From: Candidatus Moanibacter sp.
GTDB lineage: Bacteria > Verrucomicrobiota > Verrucomicrobiia > Opitutales > UBA2987
Reading direction: 5' to 3'
NCBI GenBank assembly: GCA_965215885.1
Contig: CBDCEW010000094.1
Span: 1 to 64,000 of the forward strand
DNA: 64,000 nt
Shown here: in pieces, positions 58,006 to 64,000 of the stretch
Layout: every line of letters begins with the position of its first letter
Numbering within the stretch: the first letter of the stretch is position 1
Translations under genes and position numbers: made by a program
Notes under the pieces: model-generated
The model's database searches: none
Seen by the model: the letters and a program-made list of their open reading frames with translations, nothing else
Told to the model about the DNA's origin: nothing

Positions 58006-60560
58006 CACAAAAGCCCGTGTTGAAACATGCTGCTGTCGGTAAAGTAGAAGAGAAGGAAATCGATGGCAAAGAAGAGTCCCTGGGCGGTTACGGCAGCGAG
58101 GAAGATTCCCGCGGCAAAGGGGAGCAGCTTTTCTCGAACGGTGGCCGCGCCTCCGAGTTTGAGCACGGTAAACCGTACCACCCAGGCCACCAGCAGGCTG
58201 CCCCATAGGCGGTAGAGTGCCCCCATCGACCCGATGATTATGCCGACCGGATGAAACCAGAAACCGGTAAAGGTCTGGCGCAATGCAGTAACCACAAAGG
58301 TGAGCGTGCCGGAATAGAGAATGGCCCAGGTTCGGGGGTCGACATTCCGGCGCTCCTCCTCTTCCACGGGTGTTACTGAATCCATCGTTGCCTCGGTGTG
58401 ATAGAGACCGTAATAGCGACCCCAACCGATGATGCCCCGATAATCCCCTGAATTGGGGAAACTGTTCATGCCTTTAGCGTAGGCGCCGGAAAGAAAGATC
58501 CAGCCGCCGATGAGAAAGCCGCCCGTTATCGCCACTCCATTGACGAGAAATATGACCCTGCGCTTGAGCCGGAAGTGCCGGCCGAGTTCCAGAAACTCCA
58601 ATTGCAGACCTGGAATCAGAAAAAAGGCGTGGTAGCCTATGATGGCCGAGACGAAGACCGCGAACATCGTACCCTGAGTGCCGAAGACGGACATGCCCCC
58701 TGCGAACCCGACAATGAGAATCAGATGGGGGAAATAAGTGTAGGAAGGCACGCCGCACTCAGCCCGCAGTTTCATAGCCACAAAACCAATGCTCAGAAGG
58801 GTTGCGAATATGATGAGCATGGCGCCGAGGGGCATACCCACCACTTGCGCCCAGACCGCGACGCCGGCTATTGAAGTGATGAGCAGAAGAACCGCTCCTC
58901 TGCTCGAGAGGACTTCATCCCCCCGATCCTGACCGCGGATGGCGGCACGAAGAAGGCGATAAAAGTACTTCCGGGAAAAGAACAGGAGAAGGGCTGCGTA
59001 GACGAGGTATGCAGCCATTCGCTGATGAGTGATCTCTGGATAACCGCGCTGGTAGGTCAGCCCGTAAAATTCCCCGACGAGATATTGAGTTCTGAAGAGG
59101 AGAAAACCGATGAGCAAACTCATGAGCACATTGAGCTCGAGAAACATTGCCAGGCCGAGGAAAAGAGCGAGGACTTGGAAATGGATTCCTCTCAACATAC
59201 GCTCGAGGTAGGGGTTGCTGATGTAGGCATTCAGGCGCAGGTTAATGTTGAGATCGGGTATGCCGGCGTGAAAATCATGTAAGCCGCGAAGGAGACACCA
59301 GATAAAGGCGACGGTAAAACCTGCCCACATAAAACGGCTCCGCCATCCTTCCGGAAGGAATCGGTCTGGACCCTCACCCCTGGACTTGCTCCCCAGAAAA
59401 AAGAGAACAACCTGGGCCAGGGGTAGGGGAAGACGCTGGTTGTCAATCCATTCCCGGCGCATGATGACGGCGATGGAAAAAGTTCCCAGGAGGATGAGGA
59501 CGAGGTAGGCGCCCCATGTTGACAGCGGCCGGAGCCAATCCCTCCACGGAATATAGCCGGCAAGCAGATACCGCATCCCGGCAATGCTAAGGAGGCGGTC
59601 CGGCTCAACCAGGAGCCCTGCCCGCTCCTGCTCAGGCAATTGCGCGAAGTCCTTTTCACGGATTACCATGCGCCCCCTGAAAGCGCTCTCGATGGCTTCG
59701 ACATTCATGAATTGCAAATCGCGAAAGACGACGCGACCGGCGCCCTCGAGGCCTAGCTCCAGAGTGACGGAGTCCTTCACAGTATTCGGAAAGACGACAC
59801 CATAGGTCCCGACCCGCAGGAAACCTTCCCTCTGCGCGAAATTCGGTTCCGCCTCCTTCGTCGAGGTGAACGCATCCTGCAGGAAAATCTCTTCGGCATC
59901 GTGGTAGATTCGGCAGTAATAGGTGGAGTCGAGACCGAGGTCCTCGGCTTTAGCGAGCACGCTGAGGAGGTAGGGTTGGCCAGGGATGACGGCGCCCTCC
60001 AGGCCCGGTACGGCGGGAAGGCGCACGCGTAGACTCGAAGCGGCCGTTTCGTTCTCGTGCTCGATTACGGGCGCCTGCACCGTGCCACCTTTGAAGAGGG
60101 AGAGGGTTTCCCATCGGACACTGCCATGCGTATCGACTCCGGGTCCGGCCGGCTGGGCGAGGATACCATCGGTCAGGTTCGGTCCGTGGGGCCAGAGACT
60201 TGGATTCACCGCATCGAGGAGATCGAATTCCTCGCCGCGGGGAAACGTAGCCACCGCCGGAACCAGGTAGCGCCAGAACCCCACCGTCATGATGGGCGCT
60301 GCCAGAAGCCCGGCGAAGAGGATACAGAGTAATTCCGCCCGCGTCAGTAGCTCGTATCGCGCGAGGGCCCTTAAGATAGCCGAAAGAAAAAGAAGCGCCA
60401 GAAAGACCCAAAACACGGGGATCGCCAGGGCATTGGCCCCGAGTTCCTTACCGCCTTGAGAAACCGTTCCCATGAGCACCCCGCCCAACTGGATAAAGGC
60501 GCCCGTCAGCAGAATAGCAAAGAGCGAAAAAGCCGTGATACGGAATGCGGATACGTTCAT
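58005..60560 (-). CDS. Polytopic membrane protein (DUF6785/DUF6784-like from memory) with a large soluble insertion
   Basis: IPWRDWLRPL, MRREWIDNQRLPLPL, LRAECG, FWFHPVG; many TM segments. Confidence 0.7.
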   Translation of the reverse strand: MNVSAFRITAFSLFAILLTGAFIQLGGVLMGTVSQGGKELGANALAIPVFWVFLALLFLSAILRALARYELLTRAELLCILFAGLLAAPIMTVGFWRYLVPAVATFPRGEEFDLLDAVNPSLWPHGPNLTDGILAQPAGPGVDTHGSVRWETLSLFKGGTVQAPVIEHENETAASSLRVRLPAVPGLEGAVIPGQPYLLSVLAKAEDLGLDSTYYCRIYHDAEEIFLQDAFTSTKEAEPNFAQREGFLRVGTYGVVFPNTVKDSVTLELGLEGAGRVVFRDLQFMNVEAIESAFRGRMVIREKDFAQLPEQERAGLLVEPDRLLSIAGMRYLLAGYIPWRDWLRPLSTWGAYLVLILLGTFSIAVIMRREWIDNQRLPLPLAQVVLFFLGSKSRGEGPDRFLPEGWRSRFMWAGFTVAFIWCLLRGLHDFHAGIPDLNINLRLNAYISNPYLERMLRGIHFQVLALFLGLAMFLELNVLMSLLIGFLLFRTQYLVGEFYGLTYQRGYPEITHQRMAAYLVYAALLLFFSRKYFYRLLRAAIRGQDRGDEVLSSRGAVLLLITSIAGVAVWAQVVGMPLGAMLIIFATLLSIGFVAMKLRAECGVPSYTYFPHLILIVGFAGGMSVFGTQGTMFAVFVSAIIGYHAFFLIPGLQLEFLELGRHFRLKRRVIFLVNGVAITGGFLIGGWIFLSGAYAKGMNSFPNSGDYRGIIGWGRYYGLYHTEATMDSVTPVEEEERRNVDPRTWAILYSGTLTFVVTALRQTFTGFWFHPVGIIIGSMGALYRLWGSLLVAWVVRFTVLKLGGAATVREKLLPFAAGIFLAAVTAQGLFFAIDFLLFYFTDSSMFQHGLL

Positions 60561-61133
60561 TTCGATTCGCCAGGAATCTGTCGGACTAAATACCTCTCAC
60601 TCAGATGAAGGGTCAAACTAAACAGTCTGCTTTCTGCTTAATTCTGGTTGCCAACATGGGCAAAAAAACAGGAGGGGACAATGCGTCACTTTCACACGCC
60701 TCGTTCCGGGCTCCCTGATCTGGCGACCGCGGGAGGACTAGGATTCGCAAAGAGTTAACCCGCTGATGCAGTAGCCATACCACTGTTCCTTGCGGTGATC
60801 GAGCGATCAAGGAGGAAAGCTAAACCCAGGCTCTATTCGATCAGGGTAGCGAGGTTCACTGACAAGCACGGTGGTATGGGGCGAAGCCCACCGTGGGAAA
60901 AATCTTAAAACAGAGTCCTGAAGCGTTAACTTCGCTTCCAACTTCGCCCTCCGACTACGATTGGCATGCAGTGCAGGCTCTTCGACTCGGCTCAGTGCAG
61001 GCAGTGCGACTGTTTTCCAAGCGCGCTCCCCGCCTGCTGATCCCGCTCAGCAGAAGAAGGTAGGCAGGACGTAGTGCGGAAGAGAAATCCTTGCTCCGGT
61101 AGGCGATGAAATTGCTATTGTTTTACCCCGGCC

Positions 61134-61325
61134 TTGACCGAGGAGCGCATTGTTCGAATATTTCCCATGGATGACCGCGATGTCGAATTCCTCCTCAAGC
61201 AACATCCTTTTACAGAGCAGGAGCTAAATGAGCTGTTTGAAGAGGCCGTCGTGCCGGACATCAATGAAATTAAGGAAGCCTTTCGAAGAAACCAGGAGTT
61301 CGTCCTTGGTATCTTTCGGACTTGA
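61134..61325 (+). pseudogene. Possible C-terminal fragment of a DUF6036-type nucleotidyltransferase-like gene
   Basis: DRDVEFLL...EAVVPDINEIKEAF; no N-terminal part visible. Confidence 0.3.
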
Positions 61326-61781
61326 GTCACCATGAGCACCTTGGCGGAAAAGCTTGGTTCCACACGTCACTTGTCGGCTCTGCGCCACAGGCTCTTACGG
61401 TTGGGTTTGAATGACGAGAACACATGGATGCAAGTGGCTGACCCTGGAAGTCCTTTCCCGAAGGGGTCTTGCCTCATTGGAGCCGTTTCGTCATTCAGAG
61501 CGGTAAGATGAGACCGGGGAGGTGTGCTGAACAGGTCCGATGGCTTCGCCCGATAGATCAATGAATGTGGATTCCCCTAATTCATGACCTCGAAATTCTC
61601 ACCACGCCGTGGGAAACGTCCGAATCGCGCAGCGATCCGGCTACCCTTATCAACGAGCTAATTTTTCTTCGTAGCCGGACCGCTCTTGAACCTCGTAGTA
61701 TTGCTCATCGAGATCGAAGTGCATTCCGGATCAGCTCTTTTGGCAAAGACCGGCAAGAACTTGGGGTTTCTCATATATTAC

Positions 61782-62693
61782 TCATTGCAGGTCAGCGTAG
61801 GGTTCCCCACCAGTGAGATTGCCGCTGGCATAGACGTCGCGGAATAATGTCTGCCGTTTGGGCGGCATGGCGGCGATTTGGTCGGGATGTGGGCGCGACC
61901 GCGACCAACGGGTGTTGACGTTGTTGTAGGCGTTAAAAATGGCCACGCGGTCGATATCGGGGTTCATCCAGGTTTGTCCGCTGTGAGTAGTGGATTCCGT
62001 AAAGATAATGACCGAGCCGGCGGGGCACGAATAGGTCTCCCAGAGCGGCGATTCCGGATGATAAGCGGATTCCGGACCGGTGTATGCGGACTTGTGGCTG
62101 CCGGTGATGAAGAGTGTGCCTCCATCTCCCTTTTCAACAGGATTCAACTCCCAGACGACACGGGTGAGGCCGGCGTTGGCCTTGCCGGGGATGCAGTTGT
62201 AGGTATGAGAATCGCCCGGCATGCGAAACATGCCGTTTCCGTTGTGTGCATGAAAGAGATTCGGTTCCTCATCCGTAGACGTACGCAGGGCGAGGAAGCT
62301 CATCTCCATCCGAAATCCGTAGCACTCTTCGTTCGCGACATACGGACTTGCGAGAAATTCCCGTGCGAAACCGACCACCACCGGATGATCGGTCAGCCTT
62401 TCAAGGGGACCGCCGTAGGTTCTCCGGTGGGGTTCCGGAATCGATTCGGGGTCGCGCTTAAGGCGATAACAGAAATCGCGCATCTCCTCGATGTCGGCAT
62501 CACTGAGCACGCTCGGAATCAATAGCCATCCCCAGGTATCAAACACATATTTCTGCTCCTGCGTAAGGGGTACGACCGGCTCGCCGTCGGCGTTCGTGTA
62601 CGGCGGCAAGTCGGACATCGGCCGGAGCGGTTGGCCCAGGTTCTTGTTGAAGAGTAGCGGTTCTGCGGTTGGAATGGTCGTGGCTTCTTTCAT
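61782..62693 (-). CDS. PhyH-family protein with HxG in place of HxD
   Basis: KYVFDTWGWLLIPSVL, AHNG, GGTLFITGSHKS, FTESTTHS. Confidence 0.85.
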   Translation of the reverse strand: MKEATTIPTAEPLLFNKNLGQPLRPMSDLPPYTNADGEPVVPLTQEQKYVFDTWGWLLIPSVLSDADIEEMRDFCYRLKRDPESIPEPHRRTYGGPLERLTDHPVVVGFAREFLASPYVANEECYGFRMEMSFLALRTSTDEEPNLFHAHNGNGMFRMPGDSHTYNCIPGKANAGLTRVVWELNPVEKGDGGTLFITGSHKSAYTGPESAYHPESPLWETYSCPAGSVIIFTESTTHSGQTWMNPDIDRVAIFNAYNNVNTRWSRSRPHPDQIAAMPPKRQTLFRDVYASGNLTGGEPYADLQ

Positions 62694-63399
62694 GACATTA
62701 TACTAACAAGTGGCTTGGAAGCAGTGTCAAGCGGGTTAGGCCTTAGTACTCGAGTACTTCGATTCCCAACTCCAACTGAACAATCGGTTGTCTGCTTTGG
62801 CAAGGATGGATGAGAAGCCGAAAGCGTAGCCGCGGCCGCGGCTACAGAGGTCTTTCATTCTGATATCCACCAAAGCGGGACGAAGAGGGACGAGTCGCGA
62901 CGGAGGAAGGGTGTATTTCCACGGAGCCGAATGTACACGACACTACGACTATTTACCTATAATCTAAACTTATACAATTTAAACAGCAATAGTAGGGTAG
63001 AGGGTAGTGATTTTATCGGTATAGATAGTCTGTCCCTACGGATTCCCTGTCCTTAAGGGTCTACAGCAGATCTGTGGGTGGGTAATTACAAGAGGAAATA
63101 CGGTGACGCACAAGGAGAAGTCAGGGTGCTGCCCTGAATCCCGCTCCTCCACAGCCGGAGGGGCTGGTCGGTGTTTTCTTTGCATATGGGATTGAAAGGT
63201 TGAAGCACCGGGCCGTTCCGAGGATGAAAGTAGTACCGAAAATACATTAGTGCTCATCAAAACGCTACCGGTGCTATTGGCTAGCTTTGTTTCGAGTATG
63301 GAAATGGTGAAATCGGTAGGCGATTGTGGTGCAGATTGAGCCGCGCAAGAAACGGGGTGTGGCCGGACGGCCAGCGGCTACAACATGAGCGAGGCGTAG

Positions 63400-63890
63400 G
63401 CATTTTGAATTTGTGCCCTTGTGGGGGATGAAGGGTATAAATTCGTTACCGCATGCGGCGGGTCAATTGCCGGCGGTGCGGGGTGAAGGTCGAAGAGGTG
63501 CCCTGGGCCAAGGGCAAGAGTCATCTGAGTTGGCCAATGCCTGGCCCAGTGGGCGAGGCGCTTGAGCTGGGAAGAGACGGCAAGGGTTTTTCGCACGAAC
63601 TGGCGCAACGTCTTCGAGTCGGTCGAGGCGATGGTGCGTTGGGGGCTTTCGGGATTCGATCGGATCCAGTATCCGAGGCTCACCGTGGTCTACCAGCTTG
63701 ACGAGGGGCGGCGGCGGCTAGTATTCAATAAGCGCAACGGCTCTTGCGTTTTTTCTGGGAATTGGGAGCGCAAAAGAGCAGCCAGATCGCTACGGATCTG
63801 TGGAAGCCTTACCTCAAAGTGGAAAAAGGCACCCCAGGCGCTGCACATCCTCGATCGCTTCCACTTGGTAGCCAACCTGAACAAGGCCCT
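63400..63890 (+). pseudogene. Heavily degraded ISL3-family transposase
   Basis: Fragments in three frames: RRVNCRRCGVKVEEVPWA, SWEETARVFRTNW, TDLWKPYLKV, ILDRFHLVANLNKAL. Confidence 0.8.
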
Positions 63891-64000
63891 CAGATACACG
63901 CGGAAGCCAGGCTGCAACGGGGGACTTTTACCTATAATCTAAAGCTTATACAATTCTGAAAAAAACGCGCGCCAGCAAGGTTCGTGCGCTAGTAGGGTAG

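Noticed and set aside
58006..58425. N-terminal 140 aa of the 1893-aa ORF
   Set aside because: Overlaps the upstream gene; ATG 58005 with TGATG coupling is the more plausible start
60800..60860. c-di-GMP-I riboswitch
   Set aside because: Only GGTAGCG-like resemblance; the GGCAAAC/GNRA P2 features are not found
62694..62730. TTGACA...TATAAT promoter upstream of the last PhyH gene
   Set aside because: Spacer is 22 nt and TATAAT is only 3 nt from the ATG

Overview
64 kb of bacterial chromosome, probably from a PVC-superphylum (Verrucomicrobiota/Opitutales-like) heterotroph; the taxon is inferred from gene content only. Catabolic genes dominate: 3 sulfatases, 5 PhyH-like dioxygenases, PL2 lyase, GH4, an atypical GH32, 2 Gfo/Idh/MocA oxidoreductases, 2 TIM-barrel epimerases, a lactonase, an SBP-permease fusion ABC transporter, a giant FtsX-like membrane pair and three paralogs of an uncharacterised QDPETGxW-repeat family. 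They are interleaved with four full-length IS elements, an ISL3 relic, a VapBC pair and several families of short palindromic repeats/MITEs. The best-supported highlight is an IS110 element (22499-24200) whose bridge RNA can be read from the sequence: the target loop matches the insertion site, the donor loop matches the circle junction, and the junction rebuilds a TTGACG-17-TATAGT promoter. Its target is one arm of a multicopy CTAG-flanked MITE, with empty target sites elsewhere in the window. Also notable: an IS flanked by a 22-bp palindromic duplication, and a stack of 20-39 nt hairpin micro-insertions nested in one repeat copy. I saw no rRNA, tRNA or CRISPR array. Several single-base frameshifts may be assembly errors. 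Family names come from motif recognition, not database searches.
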